Source of the DNA: Lama glama
Lineage: Eukaryota
Reading direction: 5' to 3'
Length of the DNA: 64,000 nucleotides
NCBI GenBank assembly: GCA_028534125.1
Contig: CM052832.1
Coordinates: 14,696,001 to 14,760,000 of the forward strand
The notes beneath the pieces are model-generated. The model saw only the letters and a program-made list of their open reading frames with translations. It had not been told where the DNA came from and did no database searches. Shown piece after piece: positions 27,496 through 41,559 of the stretch. The position numbers and the translations under genes are program-made. Position 1 is the first letter of the stretch. The number at the start of each line of letters is the position of its first letter.

Positions 27496-29072
27496 TTCTC
27501 TGCAGTTCCTTTTACACAGTGTAACATGTACTCCTTTCAATAGAAAAAGAAAAGGCAAAAATCACAGTTTGAAGAGACTGAACAAGCATTAGAACCAGAC
27601 AGACATGGCAGGAGTGTTACAATTATCAGACCAGGAATTTTAAAAAATCTGTGATTAATATAAATAATAAAGGCTTAAATGGAAAAATTAGAGAACATGA
27701 AAGAACAAATGGCTAATGTAAGCAGAAAGGTAGAAGTTCTAAGGAAATGAAAAAATACTAGTGATCAAAAACTGTAACAGAAATGAAGAATGCCTTTGAT
27801 GGGCTCATTAGTAGATTGGGCACAACTGAGGAAAGAATTTTCTAAGCTTGAGGATAGGTCCTTCAAAATGGAAAAGCAGAAGGAAAAAGGACTGGAAAAA
27901 ATGGAATAGAATATCCAAGAACTGTGGGACAACTACAAAAGTTGTAACATACATGTAACTGGGATACCAGAAGGAGAAGAAAGAAACGAACAGAAGAAAT
28001 ACTTGAAGCAATAATGACTGAGAATTTTCCTAAATTAACATCAGATACCAAACCACAGATCTAGGAATCTAGGAGAACACCAAGCAGGACAAATGCCCCC
28101 AAAACTACACATAGGTATATCGTGTTTATAATGTAGAAAATGAAAGATAAAGAAAAAATCTTGAAAGAAGCCAGAGGAGAAAAACCAATAGAGGAAAAAA
28201 GATAAAATTATATACAACTTCTCTTCAGAAATCACTCAACCAAGAAGAGAGTAAAGTGAAATATTTAAAATAGTGAGGAAAAAAGAAAACCCTCCCAAAC
28301 ATAGGATTCTATACCCTGCAAAGTTATCCTTCAAAAGTTAAGGAGACATAGTTTCTCAGACAAACCAAAATTAAGGGAATTTATTGCCAGTAGTCTTGCC
28401 TTGCCCAAAATGTGAAAAAGTTTTTCAGAGAAAAGGAAAACTATAGGTCAAAAACTCAGATTTATACAAAGAAAGGAAACATACTGGAGAATGAATAAGT
28501 GGAGGTAGAATTAAACTTTTATTCTTATTCTTAATTGATCTAACATAATTTGTTCAAAATAATAGCTGTTGCAGTATAATCAATTTTGTATGCTTGTGCT
28601 TAGTTATATGTGCATCTGAATAAGTGAAATGAATGACAGCAGTGATACAAAGGACAGGAGGGAGAAATTAGGAATATTTTGCAATTGTGTGATACTTACA
28701 CTACCTACGAAGTGGTATAGTGTCATTTATTATTTCATTTGGATTAGTTGTAAATGTATGTTGCAAACTGACAACCTCTTTTAAAAAAAGTGTAATTGGT
28801 ATGCTGATAAAGCAGAGAAAGTGGAATCATATAAAATGCTCAATTAAAACCTTACAGGGAGAAAAATAGTGGAAGACAAAAATAAGAACAAAGAACAAGA
28901 GCAGCAAATAGAAAACAGTAACACATATGGTAGGTATTAATCCAGCTATATCAGTAGCCACTTTTAAACCTCAATGGTCTAAATACACAAATTAAAAGAA
29001 AGAGATTATCAGAACAGATCACAAAGTAAGACCCAACTATATGTTTTTAAGAAACTTATTTCTAATATAAAG

Positions 29073-29106
29073 ATATATATACATATGTGTGTGTGTGTAC
29101 ACACAC

Positions 29107-29145
<39 letters not shown>
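29073..29145. repeat. Compound (AT)(TG)(CA) microsatellite
   Basis: Uninterrupted purine-pyrimidine alternation inside L1 ORF2. Confidence 0.95.
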
Positions 29146-29147
<2 letters not shown>

Positions 29148-32100
29148 AAAAGGATGGAAAAAGATATACCATGCTAACACTAATCCAGGGGAAGCAAGAA
29201 TATCTATATTCAGTCAGAGCAGACTTCAGACCAAAGAAAATTGTCAGGGATTAAGTGGGGGGAGGTATTATATAAAGATAAAAGGGTTTGTATTCCAGGA
29301 AGACATAATAATCCTTAATGTATATGTGCCTAACAACAGAGTATCAATTGCAAGGAGAAATAGATTAATCCACTATTATAGTTGGAGACTTCTAATACTC
29401 GTCTATCAGAAATGGTCAGAGCCAGCAGGCAGAAAACCATTAAGAATATAGGTGAGCTCAACAACACCATCAGTCTACTGGATATAATCGACATCTGCAA
29501 ACTGCTTCATCCAACAACAGCAGGGTAACATTCTTTTCAAGCTCACGTGAAACATTCACCAAGATAAACCACATTCTGGGCCATAAAACACTTTAACCAA
29601 TTAAAAAAAATAGAAATCATACAGTGTATCATCTCAGACCACAGTGGAATTAAACTAGAAAGCCACAGCAGAAAGATAGTGGGAAAACCCCCACACTACT
29701 GAGTAACACATGGATCAAATAAGAAATCTCAAGAGAAATTTAAAAATATTTTGAACTAAATGAAAATGAAAATAACACTTACCAGAATTATGAAATGCAG
29801 CAAAAGCAGTGCTTAGAGGGAAATTTATAGCATTGAATACATATATTGGAAAAGAAGAAAGACCTAAAATCTATAATCTAAGCTCCCACTTTAGGAAACT
29901 AGAAAAAAAGAAGAGCAAATAAATCCAAAGCAAGCAGAAAAAATAAAATAAAAGGCAGAAATAAATGAAATTGCAAGTAGAAAAGATCAAAAGCAAAAGC
30001 TAGTATTTTTAAGGGGGGAAGGTAATTAAATCAGTAAACCTCTAGCCAGGCTAACTAAGGAAAAAAAGAAGACACAGATAAACTAAAATCAGAAATAAAA
30101 GCGGGAAAATCACTGCAGTCCCCATGGACATTACAAGGATAATAAAGGAATATTAGGAGCAACTCATGTTGGTGACAACCAGATGCATTGTCCACAAATT
30201 TGATAACCTAGATGTAATGAACCAATTAGTTGAAAGATGCAATCTGCCAAAGCTCATACAAGAATAAACAAGCTGTATAGGCTTATATCTATTAAAGAAA
30301 TTGAACCAACAATTAACCTTAACAGAAAGCACCAGACTCAGATGACTTCACTGGTGAATTCTACCAGACGTTTAAGGAAGACATTATACTACTTCTCTGA
30401 AATTCCAGAAGATTGAAGGAGAAAGAATACTTCCTGACTCATTCTATGAGACCAGCATTACCCTAATACCAGAACCACACAGACATTACAAGAAAAGAAA
30501 ATCACAGACCGTTATCGTTCATGAACATAGATGCAAAAATCTGCAACAAAATATTAGCAAATCAAATCCAACTGTGTATAAAAAAATTACATACACCATG
30601 ACCAAGATTTATCCCAGATATGCAAGGCTGGTCAGCATTCAAAAATCAATTAATATAATCCATCATATCAACAGGTTAAGAAGAAAAGTCACATGTTCTG
30701 ATATGAATATGATTTTTCTGTATCTATTAACATACAGATACAGAAAAACTATGTGTCAGAATCCAACACCATTCCTGATTAAACTTTTAGCAAACTAGGA
30801 AGAGAGAGGATCTTTCTCTACTTGATAAAAGTATTTACAAAAATCTTTAACTAATATCATACTTTATGGTGAGAAATCAGAAGTTTTCTTCTGAGATCGG
30901 AAGTGAGGCAAGGAAAAATCCACTGCTCTTCAGCGTCATACTGGAAATCCTAGCTAATGCAATAAGACAATTAAAGGAAATAAAAAGTATACAGATTGGG
31001 AAGAAAGAAATTAAACTGTCCTTGTTTGCAGATGGCATCTATGTAGAAAATTTGAAAGAATCAACAACAAAAACCCCTGGAACTAATAAGCCTGCAGGGT
31101 ACTAACAAGTTTGCAGGATACAAGATTGATACACAAAAATTAATTACTTTCCTATAAACCAGCAATGAACAAATTGAATTTGAAATTAAAAACACATTAC
31201 CATTTATGTTGCCATCCCCCCAAAATAAAACACTGAAGTATAAATCTATCAAAATATGAACAAGATCTGTATGAGGAAAACAACAAAACTCTGATGAAAG
31301 GAATCGAAGAAATAAGTGGCAAGATATTCCGTATTCATGGATGGGAAGACTCAGTGTTGTCAAGATTTTGGTTCTTTCTAACTTGATGTGTAAATTCAAC
31401 ACAATCCCAGTAAAGATCTCAGAAAGTTATTGTATCAATATCAACAAACTGATTCTAAGTTTTATATGGAAAGGCAGAAGACCTAGAGTAGCCAATTCAG
31501 TAATGGAGGAGAACAGAGTTGGAGAACTAAATAATACTCTCTAACTTCAAAACTTGCATAAATCTGTAGTAATCAAGATACTGCGGTAATGGTGAAAGAA
31601 TAAACAAACAAATGGAACAGAATAGAGAGCCCAGAAATAGACTGACACAAATACAGTCGGCTGATCTTTGACAAAGGAGCAAAGACAATATACTGGAGAA
31701 ATATACTGGTAGTCTTTTCAACAAATAGTGCTGGATTGAGTAGATACCTGCATGCAAAAAAAAAAAAAAAGAATACGCACAGATCTTGCATCCTTCACAA
31801 AAATTAACTCAAAATGGGTTATAAACCTAAATGTAAAATGCAAAATTGTAAGACTGCTAGAAGACAGCATAGACGAAAACCTAGATGATCTTTGGTATGG
31901 CAAGGACTTTTCACATGCAACACCAAAGGGGCACAATCTATGAAAGAAAGAATTGATAAGCTGGAGTTTATTAAAATGACAAACTTCTGTTCTGTGAAAG
32001 ACAGTGTCAAGAGAATGAGAAGACAAGCCACAGACTGGGAGAAAACATTTGTAAAAGACACATCTGATAAAGGACTATTATCCAAAACCTATAAAAAGCT

Positions 32101-34165
32101 CTTAAAACTCAGTAATAAGAAAACAAACAACTCAAAAAACAGGCAAAAAATTGAACAGACATCTCACCAAAGAAGATATACAGATGGCAAATAAGCATAT
32201 AAAAAGATGTTCAACATCATATTAGAGAATTGCAAATTAAATTACAGGAAGTTATCACTACGCACCTGTTAGAATAGCTAAAATCTGGAACACTGACAAT
32301 GCCTAATGCTGGTGAGGATGTGAAGCAACAGAAACTCTCATTCATTGCTGATGGGAGTGCAAAATGGTACAGCCACTTTGTTAGACAGTTTCGCGGTTTC
32401 TTACAAACTGAAATATTCTTACCATGTTTATAGCAGTTTCATTCATAATTGCCAAAACTTGGAAGCAACCAAAATGTCCTTCGTTAGGGGAATGGATAAA
32501 TAGAACTTTGATACATCTAGACAATGGTAATACTATCTAGCACTGAAAAGAAATGAGCTTTCAGCCCATGAAAAGATGGAGGAACCTAAAGTCCCTGTTA
32601 CTTAGTGAAAGAAATCAATCTGAAAAGGCTGTGTACTGTATGATTCCAACTATATAACATTATGGAAAAGGCAAAACTGTGAAAACAATGGTTACCTGGG
32701 ACTTGGGGAGGGGGTGATAAATAGGCAGAGCACAGAGGATTTTTAGGGCAGTGAAACTATTTTGTATGATACTATAGTGGTAGATACATGTCATTATTAC
32801 ATTTGTCAAAACACATAGAATGTAAAACACCAAGAATGAACTCAAATGTAAATTATGGACTTTGGGTGATAATAATGGTCTGTGTAAGTTTATCAATTGT
32901 AACAAATATACTACTTTGATGTGGAATGTTGATAGTTAAGGAGATTGTTCTTATCTGGAGGTAGAGGGTATATGTATCTTCTCAGTTTTGCTGTGAACCT
33001 ACATCTACTTTAAAAATAAAGTAAATAAAGAATAATAAAGTCTATTGAAATTCTTATTTTCAGTAATAAGAAATAATAAACATTAGATGATGATAACTTT
33101 CTAGGTCAAATGGTGTCCAAAAGGGCTTTCTTAGATACGTAGTGTTTAAACTGAATAGATTCAGATTTGTGACAGGGTATCTATCACATTTCCAGATTGC
33201 AATAAATAGGCATAAACTGTGGTTGAGCCTGACTAGTGCAGTTTGGCATGAGTTGAGGGTTCTGTGTGCAAAACAGTGGGAGGTAAATCGAAGGTGATGA
33301 TACTCTGAAGAATATTTACACTCACCGATCAGTCATCTGAAAGATGAATAGCAGACTATCAGCCCAGACTAAAAGACCCAATGCTGTGTACCTCAGTTGT
33401 GAGTGAGTGGTGAGGTTGACTCCTTTTGTGGAGTTGAGATGTCCAGATGGCCATGAGTGATTCCTAAGATCCCCTGTGTATGAATGTTGGTTGCTACTTC
33501 CTCCTAGGGATGAGTAATCATTTCCCCAAAGCTCTGTGCCCAAATTCAAGCTAGGAAAATATTTTAGCCTTTTAAGGGCCCACAGTGGAAATGAAGAGAA
33601 AGAGTGCTTGGGAAGATTGGGTAAGACCAAAGAGATGAAGAAGAAAGGGAAAAATGAAGGGAAAAATAAAAGGAGAATGAAGAAACATTTAGGAAGTTCT
33701 GCATTGTCACTGACTCTGACTTGTCAGTGAATGTGATGTCTGTAGCAGTTCTCTTTGGAGAGAATGTTGAGGGGGAGGGGTTATTGTTCTCTTTGTTTTG
33801 CTAGTTCTTGGATTGGTCCAGCTGGGATGATAATGTTGACTGGGAGTGGTTTTCCTGAAGCCAAAAACAAAACCTATCTCTTTTAGAACAACAGGGAAGG
33901 AGAGCAGAGTTGATGTAGTGCATTATCAGAGACCTCTAGGACAAAACACTTTCACCAAGGATAACTAATTACCATCAGTAATGCTGTTTTACCCTTTTTG
34001 TCTAGTAATTATGTCAAAAATAGGATTTGAGTTTCTTAAAAAAAAGACAGATGGGGCTTATATCTTGTGTTTTTGTGCTTTTAAGTACTCAAAACATACA
34101 TAGTAACTGTAGAAAGGTATCAGAGTCAGGTAAACCTCACCTTAGAAGCACTAATACCAAGAGGA

Positions 34166-34169
<4 letters not shown>

Positions 34170-34203
<34 letters not shown>
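34170..34203. repeat. (CT)n microsatellite
   Basis: Read directly from the sequence. Confidence 0.9.
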
Positions 34204-34949
34204 AATAGAATAAGTAAATACTTACTTGGAAGTACTTCTTCTGCTCAAGTATTCTATTTTAAATTAGCCTTTGATAAAAATACTACAGGTATCAAGAAGC
34301 ACCAAAGTGTGTCCCAATCAGATTGGTTAGGAAACTGAGCAGAAGTAGTGAAGGAATAATAATACCAGCCATTTTTCTATCTATTTAAATGTAAAATGGA
34401 CAATATTTAAATGTTAAGCCCTTTTATCCAGTGTTATATCTAAGTGCTTTTCAAAGTTAATGCCAAAATGATTGTTAAAATGACAGTTTTGATCTGTGTA
34501 TTTTATGCCAGTTGCATACATTTGGCTCTTAATGTGCTGTAATTTTGATTGCCTGCATTATCTTTAAACATAATTATACTTTGAGATTTAAATTAGTAAT
34601 TTAAGTTGCTTAAATGTACTTTCATGCTATATTAATTTTCTGCAATTGTGCTATCACCCACTCAGTTATGCTTTATTAGTAGGCTATAAAAGCTTAAATT
34701 ATTAGGATATTAATATTTCCATCTTTTCTGCCAAGAATAATTGTCTTCATAAATACAATCTATTTCTTGGTTGTTAGAACACTCAAAACTGACCAGGGGT
34801 GGGGAGGAGGTGCTGCATGATATAAATAAGCACTAGTCCAGGATTTAAAAGATCTGACCTCTGATTTTGATTCTGCTACATAATATTACTGATTGACCTT
34901 GAGCAACTAACTTAAAGTTACTGGGCCTCAGGGTTGGTTTTTTGTCTTT

Positions 34950-36835
34950 TTAAAAAATAATTGTGGTGAAATACACATAACAATTTACTATTTTAACCAT
35001 TTTTAAGTCAGTAGCATTACGTACATTCACATTGTTGTACAACCATCACTGCCATCTGTCTCTAGAACTCTTGTAAAACTGAAACTCTGTACCTATTAAT
35101 AGTAACTCCTCTTTTCCCTCTCCCTCCAGCCTCTGACAACCACCATTCTACTTCCTGTCTCTATGAATTTGACTGTTCTCGGTACCTCATATAAGTGGTA
35201 TCACATCATATTTGTACTTTTGTGACTTTTATTTCACTTAGCATATGTCTTGAGGGTTCATCCAAGTTGTAGCACGCCTCAGGACTTCCTACTTTTGTAT
35301 GGCTAAATACTATTCCATTGTAGGTGTATTCCACACTTTTTAAAATCATTTATCCATCAATGTACACTTGGATTGCTTCTACCTTTTGATATTATGAATA
35401 ATGCTTCTATGAAAACAGGTATACAAGTATCTCTTTGAAACCCTGCTTTTAGTTCTTTTGGATATGTACCCAGAAGTGGGATTGCTGGACCATATGGCAG
35501 TTCTATTTTTAAGCTTTTGAGAAAATGCTATACTGTTTTCTATAGCAGCTGTACCATTTTACCCTCCCACCAATGGTGTACAAAGATTCCAGTTTCTCCA
35601 CATCCTTGCCCACACTTGTTATTTTCTGTTCTCTGATAGTAGCCATTCTAATGAGTGTGAGTTGGTATCTCATTATGGTTTTGATTTGTACTTTTCTAAT
35701 GATTAATGATGTTGAACATCTTTTCCAGTGCTTTTAGGCCCTTCAGTTTGTTTCTTCGAGTCCTTTGCCCATTTTCCCCCCCAGCATGAATACTTTTATG
35801 CTTTTCTATGACTGAGAGAAAATAAGCCACATATTTTGAAGATGAATCCATTGAGAAAACAATAGTAAATTTTAAAAGAAGATTTCTATAGTCAATTGAC
35901 TATTCCATTCACATTAAAACACTTACAGTTGAAAGGGGTTTTTTGTTTTGTTTGTTTTTTCCTAATGTACAATAAACTAGTATTGTTTCTGTGTTAAGGT
36001 AGATGTCCTGGATAACCCATTCTAGGCAGTTCATTTAGTCCAACATAAGCCTGTATCCTTTGTGTACTGATGGAAGCATGGTGGTACATATTAAGGCCAT
36101 ATTTCTGGAGCAGACCATGCAGATTTGAGCACACACAGCAAGAGCCAGAACCCTAGCCTTATTTTTTTGGATGGCTCCAGTAGAGCTTCTGGTAACCCAT
36201 CTTTCTGTCTCAGATGCATGGAGGCAAAAAGCCCTTTGCCCATTTTAAAATCAAGGTTTTATTTTGTAGGCGTTCTTTGTAGATTCTAGATATTTGCCTA
36301 TTATCAGATAACTCATTTGCAGATATCTTCTGCATTCCACGGTTTGCCTTTGTACTCTTTTGATTGTGTCCTTTGATACACAAAAGTATTTATTTTGATG
36401 TAGCCCAATTTGTCTTTTTTCCTTGGTTGCTGGTGTTTTTGGTGTTATATCCAAGAACTCATTTCCAAATCCAGTGTCATGAAGCTTTCCTTCTATGTTT
36501 TCTTCTAAGATGTTTAGGTGTTTGATCCACTTCGAGTTGATTCTTGTATATGGTGTAAGGTAAGGCTCTAAATTTGTTCTTTTGCATGTGGATATCCAAT
36601 TTTTCCAGCATCATTTGTTGAAAAAACCATCCATTGAATGGTTGGTACTCTTCTGGAAAATCATTTGGCCATAAATGTGAGGGCTTATTTTTGAGCTCTC
36701 TATTCTATTCCATGGTCTATATATCTGTCTTCCTGCCAGTATCACACTATTTTGATTACTGTAGTTTTGTAATAAGTTTTGAAATCAGAAAGTGTGAGAC
36801 CACTAACTTTATTCTTCTTTTTCACAATTTTTGGC
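34950..36835 (-). mobile_element. L1MB-like 3' UTR and ORF2 end, antisense, split by a 457-bp insertion
   Basis: cccagaagtgggattgctggaccatatgg, gtttctccacatccttgcc and ttgcatgtggatatccaattttccagcatcatttgttgaa; L1 sequence resumes at 36233. Confidence 0.88.
35776..36232 (-). other. Unidentified TSD-flanked insertion, probably a retrocopied mRNA 3' end or L1 transduction
   Basis: 14-bp TSD CCTTTGCCCATTTT at 35762-35775 and 36233-36246 at a TTTT/AA site; content does not resemble L1. Confidence 0.75.
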
Positions 36836-37454
36836 TCTTAGTGATGCTGAGATCAGTCAAAGGGTTCAGGTGGTGACAGCCTGATCCCTTCATTGCAGAG
36901 GTCATCCCCATCAATCAACCTTTTTGCCTACTGGTTTTCTTCATTGATTGTTGCCTGAATCATTTCAATTAGGGGTTACAAAGTACATTTTTCTCCCCAC
37001 ATATATTATCTGGAGTAATTTGGGGAAGGGCCTGAGGTGCTTTTCTTTATCAACAATGATTTATTTTCCTGAAATTTAGTTTTTCAAAAAAGGCTAGATT
37101 AAATGCTTCATTCTTCACCTTTAATTGCCAGTTTTTTTTTTTAAAGTTTTGTGCTTTGTTTCTCCCAATGAAACTAATGAATGAGGAGGAGGATTAAAGA
37201 TTATGTACCCTTTTTGCAGGTATCATAAACTCTTAGATTTTATATGTGAAGCCTGTTTTACTGTCATTGTTATAGTCCTCCAGCTAGTTAGACATAACCA
37301 ATCATCTTAACATTGACTCTAACTTCCAACAGGGCAACCCAGAAAACATTTTTTTTTAATATCACTTACAGTGCTAAGTACTTCTGCAGAAATAATTTGC
37401 CATTTATTGAGCACCCACCCTGTGCCAGTCATCATCCTAGGGAATTTACTTTTT

Positions 37455-37639
37455 TTTAAACATTTTTTATTGATTTATAATCATTTTACAATGTTGTGTC
37501 AAATTCCAGTGTAGAGCACAATTTTTCAGTTACGCATGAACATATATATATTCATTGTCACATTTTTTTTCTCTGTGAGCTATCATAAGATCTTGTGTAT
37601 ATTTCCCTGTGCTTTACAGTATAATCTTGTTTATCTATT
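37455..37639 (-). mobile_element. Young camelid-type L1 3' end (5'-truncated)
   Basis: Poly-T then ttttattgatttataatcattttacaatgttgtgtcaaatt; perfect 15-bp TSD GGGAATTTACTTTTT at 37440-37454 and 37640-37654. Confidence 0.9.
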
Positions 37640-38139
37640 GGGAATTTACTTTTTATCTCCAGTCCTTACTCTTGTCCCTCCTTTGACCTAGTGGTTTTTT
37701 GTTTCTTGTTTTTTGTTTTTGAGTAGGTAAAACATTTCTGTGATCCTAAGTCTAAATTTAGGAATGATATATTTAGAGAAATCTCCCTTCCATTCTGTCC
37801 CCTTCAGCTAGTCCCTCCTCCTGTAGATGCTCATTTTTATTTTTCATTTATGAATTATTCATTCAGTGTTGTCTTTTGTTTTGCAGATGCCAGCAAATAT
37901 GTATAAATGTGTCCCTTTTTTTATGAAGAAGTGTCATAACTATAAATATTGATCTGTATCTTACTTTTTTTCACTTCATAATATACTCTAAAGATCACTG
38001 TAGAAAACTTCATTCTTTTTTATGGCTGTGGTGTATTCCCTTAGGTAGATGTGTCATCATTTTTCCAGCCAGTTCCCATTCATGGACACTTGAGTTACTT
38101 AGATTTATTTCTGTTATGTATAAGGTAATGCTATTAATT

Positions 38140-38430
38140 TTCCTCCTCTAACTTCTTCCCCATTTCTCTGCTCTCTTTCATAGCAAAACTCCTTGGAAAA
38201 TTTAGTATCAGTAATGGCAGTCTCCACCTTCTGATTTCCTAGTTTGACAAATTCTTTCCATTCAGGCTTGTATCCCCACCATTCCACTAAAACTGCTCTT
38301 TTCAAAATCACCAGTGACCTGCAGGATTCTATATCCCATCTTTTGTTCTCAATCCTCAACTTTAACTTGATTTGTTACTACAGTGGACCCGGTTGATGAC
38401 TTGGCTTCTAGAATGCTAAATACTCCTGGT
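38140..38430 (-). mobile_element. L2 fragment
   Basis: ccccaccattccactaaaactgctcttttcaaaatcaccagtgacct is a typical L2 ORF2 motif. Confidence 0.7.
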
Positions 38431-38506
38431 TTCCTTTTATTCTTGGGGCAGTTACTGCTCTTTTTTCTGACCTCCTTATCTTAGAATGAATACACTCCTT
38501 CTTCAT

Positions 38507-39160
38507 GTAGGTCAGCTGGGCCTACGTTAGGGGTGGGCAGTTGTACAAAAAGGGAAGTCTGTTAGGCAAGGGTGGAGTCTCTGCTTCTAGGAGTTGAGGC
38601 TGAGAGAGGGAAGAGAGGAAAGCATCTGGGTTCAGAGATCTCCTGAAACAAGCCTGTCTGACCAAACCAGATTTATTGACATACGTGGTAAGGGAAGGCC
38701 TTCCAGGGGAACTGTGGAATGCCATGAAGTAAAAGGGAGGAGGGAAGCCCCTTCTGTAAAGTTGGGCTCCTGCTGCAGGTTTGGAGGAGGCTGTAGGGGT
38801 TGTGGATCGGTTTTGGATTGGCTGCTGTTTCTGAGGCAGGATTAGAAGGGAGGATTAATTAGGATTTCGGTGCTGTCATGGGGCAAAGGGCAGTTTAGCA
38901 ATTGGGTATCTTATCCTCAGTAGTAGATGGCTGTAACAAAGCTGGTCTGGGGACATCACTGGTAACAAAGCAGTAGCCATTCAGAGAGTCAATGTAGCAT
39001 TTTACAGCTGCTGTATGACCTGGGAGATGTAATGTTTCCTGTTAACTTTGCCTGCCTTCATCTGTGTCTTTCCTCCCAGCCCAGTTAATGGCAGGGTTTT
39101 GTTTTTTTGTTTTTGTTTTTGTTTTCCCATTCTGAGGATTTTCATCTTTTGTCTCAGACA
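38507..39160 (-). mobile_element. Possible ERV solo LTR
   Basis: Starts TGTAG, abrupt G-rich composition, tttattg (antisense AATAAA) at ~38673; no TSD found and right end uncertain. Confidence 0.3.
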
Positions 39161-41559
39161 TATTTCTGCTCTTTCAGTTCTATGGCACTGATTTTACTGG
39201 GTTTAGGAAGTAGGGACCCTTATTACCTAAGACTTGGAGCAAATGCATAAGTGTTTAAATGATCACTGTTACCACTGCCCGCCCCACAATTTAAGGCAAA
39301 AAGCTCATGATTGTTAAATAGGGCATGATTTGGAAAAACTGTGAAGTAGGAATTGTCTCTTTGTTGTTGCCTTTTCAGCTTTTCTTTCTGAGCCCTCTTC
39401 ATACTGTGGACACCAGGGACCCTTCCTGTCTCCTCTCATGCAGGCTTCCAGTGCTCTTTCTTGGGCTTCTCTTTCTTCTCCTCTATGTGAACTTGTGCCC
39501 GTTGGTTGATCTGATAATAGGGTTAGGGTTCCTTTGGCTGGTATTTGCATCTTAAAAGGAAATTCCTGAGAATAATATTAAACTAAAGAATAAAGTTTAA
39601 TATGCATCTTGTGGCAAGATGGGATAGGGAGTGAGAATGGGTAGAGAAGCAGAGCTGAATCGAGGCTGTTTCAGCAGTCACCCTGCTGTGGATGGGGCCT
39701 TGGCCTGACATCAGGAGTTGTCCTCCTAGGAGCTAAGGAACTGCAGCCTGACTCTACTCTCTTCCCTCGCATTTCTACAGGAGGAATTTGTACTTATTAA
39801 AATTTTATATTTATTATTAAAGGTTTCATCATATGTAAAAGGGATGAGTTGAATGAAGTACTGTTTATAGTACCTTTTAGATTCAGAATTCGGGCTCAGG
39901 CACATTTAAGAAAATCACCTTAAATCAAGACATTCTAAAATCAGTTTCTCCATTTGCTTACTAAGCCCTGACTAGATTTGACACCTTCTTGGCTTCTTTC
40001 TTGGCCATCCTGTTGGCCCATTCTTATTACTGATGTCAAAGATCATATTTCTGTAGGTAAAGATACTGGGAAATGGAACTGACTTAACTATAGCTTTGGT
40101 TCCCTGACACTTGGTTCCTCAATTTCCTGTTAGGAAGAGATAAGTAGGGGTTTAAAAAGCTATAATAAGAGCTAGGAGTTCTTGGTCATCATCTTGGTCA
40201 ACCTCTAACTTGAAGTCTGATCTTGGGACCATCACTTTACCTCCAGACCTCAGATCCTTCATCTAGAAAGTGAAGCAGTTCCATTAGATGGCCCCTAAGG
40301 TTTTTACAATTGTGGTTTTATCATCAGAGATAGTAAAATATCTGACTGGCAATTTTAATCTCAGTAATCAAGTGTTTTGGCAAGAATTGGAAATGGCCAA
40401 CCTCTCTGAAATAAGCCTATTGGGCCCATATTTGTTATTCTTTTTCTTTGTTTGATTTAAAACACACACGCACATTATGTATGAGATGAATACATTCTAA
40501 AATGTGAGGTCTAGAAGTGTAATATCTTAGAGGGCTCACATTGCACCATGTAGAAGGCATGTTTTGCTGTTCATAATGACCCATCATGATAATAAGTTTA
40601 GAGAATCAGAACTGGAGTGTTTATTATTGGTGTTTATTTATCAGTGGCTTCTTAAGTGACATTCCTTTTACAGTTACTCTGTAGAACCTGTGAACAGTAT
40701 GGAAAAATAGCCAAGGTAAAGGGAGTGCAGTGGCTCAATTAATAAGGCTCAGGGAATTATATTAAAGAAGTTTTAGTTCCCAAAGCCAGGGGGAGATGTC
40801 ATTAGTCTCATATACTGATAACAGCCTTCAGAAAAATCTGTCCTTTCTCATAAGCGTTTAGTTTCCTGAGCTTAGAGAACATGAGCTAAGAAGCCTATGA
40901 CCTGCAGCTGAGTATGCTAAATGTATGATGTTCTTCTAAAGAATTTTGGAAAACGGGTGGAAGACAAAAAAGTAGGAATTAATGTATTGTAAGACAAGGC
41001 ATGTTCACTTGGGAAAATGAACAGTAGAGTGAAGGAATGTTGCCTTTAGTTAGAAACCTCGAATAGGAGAGTATAGAATGAGTCTCCCTTAGGCTGCCTG
41101 CCATTGAATTGTTCTTTCAGGCCTATATCATACTGGTTTACAAGATTGGGCCTCGAATGAAAGTCTTGAATGAAAGTCCTCTGATCCGCCATTCTTGGCA
41201 CTGTTTTGGATTTCTAAGTGCAGTGCTACACTTCCTTTCCAGGCTTACAGTGTTAAATCGATAGGTTGAACTTTTATGGTACTAGTTCACAAGAAGATTC
41301 TCATTTGATTTAATGCTGAGTATGTCTGAAATGGATGCCCATTCCTGTGATCCATGCTAGTGCTGCTAGTGACTTTAGCTTCCTCTTAGCAAGAGGTTAA
41401 AAGAGTTGCTCATTATAGAAGTGAACAGTAGATGTCACTGCATGTCCACTTACTAGGGTTTTGGATCATAGCTGTTGGGTACACCAAGTTCTTAATACAG
41501 CTTCCAAACCACTAACCTTAAATCGAGTATTTGTGGCTGATACTTAAGATCCCCTTCCT

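Larger units (their letters stand above)
26930..33040 (+). mobile_element. Near full-length degenerate L1 (L1MC1/2-like), sense to ILRUN
   Basis: Ordered 5' region, ORF1 remnant (~27600-28500), ORF2 endonuclease remnant (KGWKKIYHANTN), RT remnants ([21 protein letters not shown]) and L1MC-type 3' UTR with A-rich tail; many stops and frameshifts. Confidence 0.88.

Noticed and set aside
28960..32500. Active L1 reverse transcriptase
   Set aside because: ORF2 is broken into short fragments by stops, frameshifts, deletions and a microsatellite.
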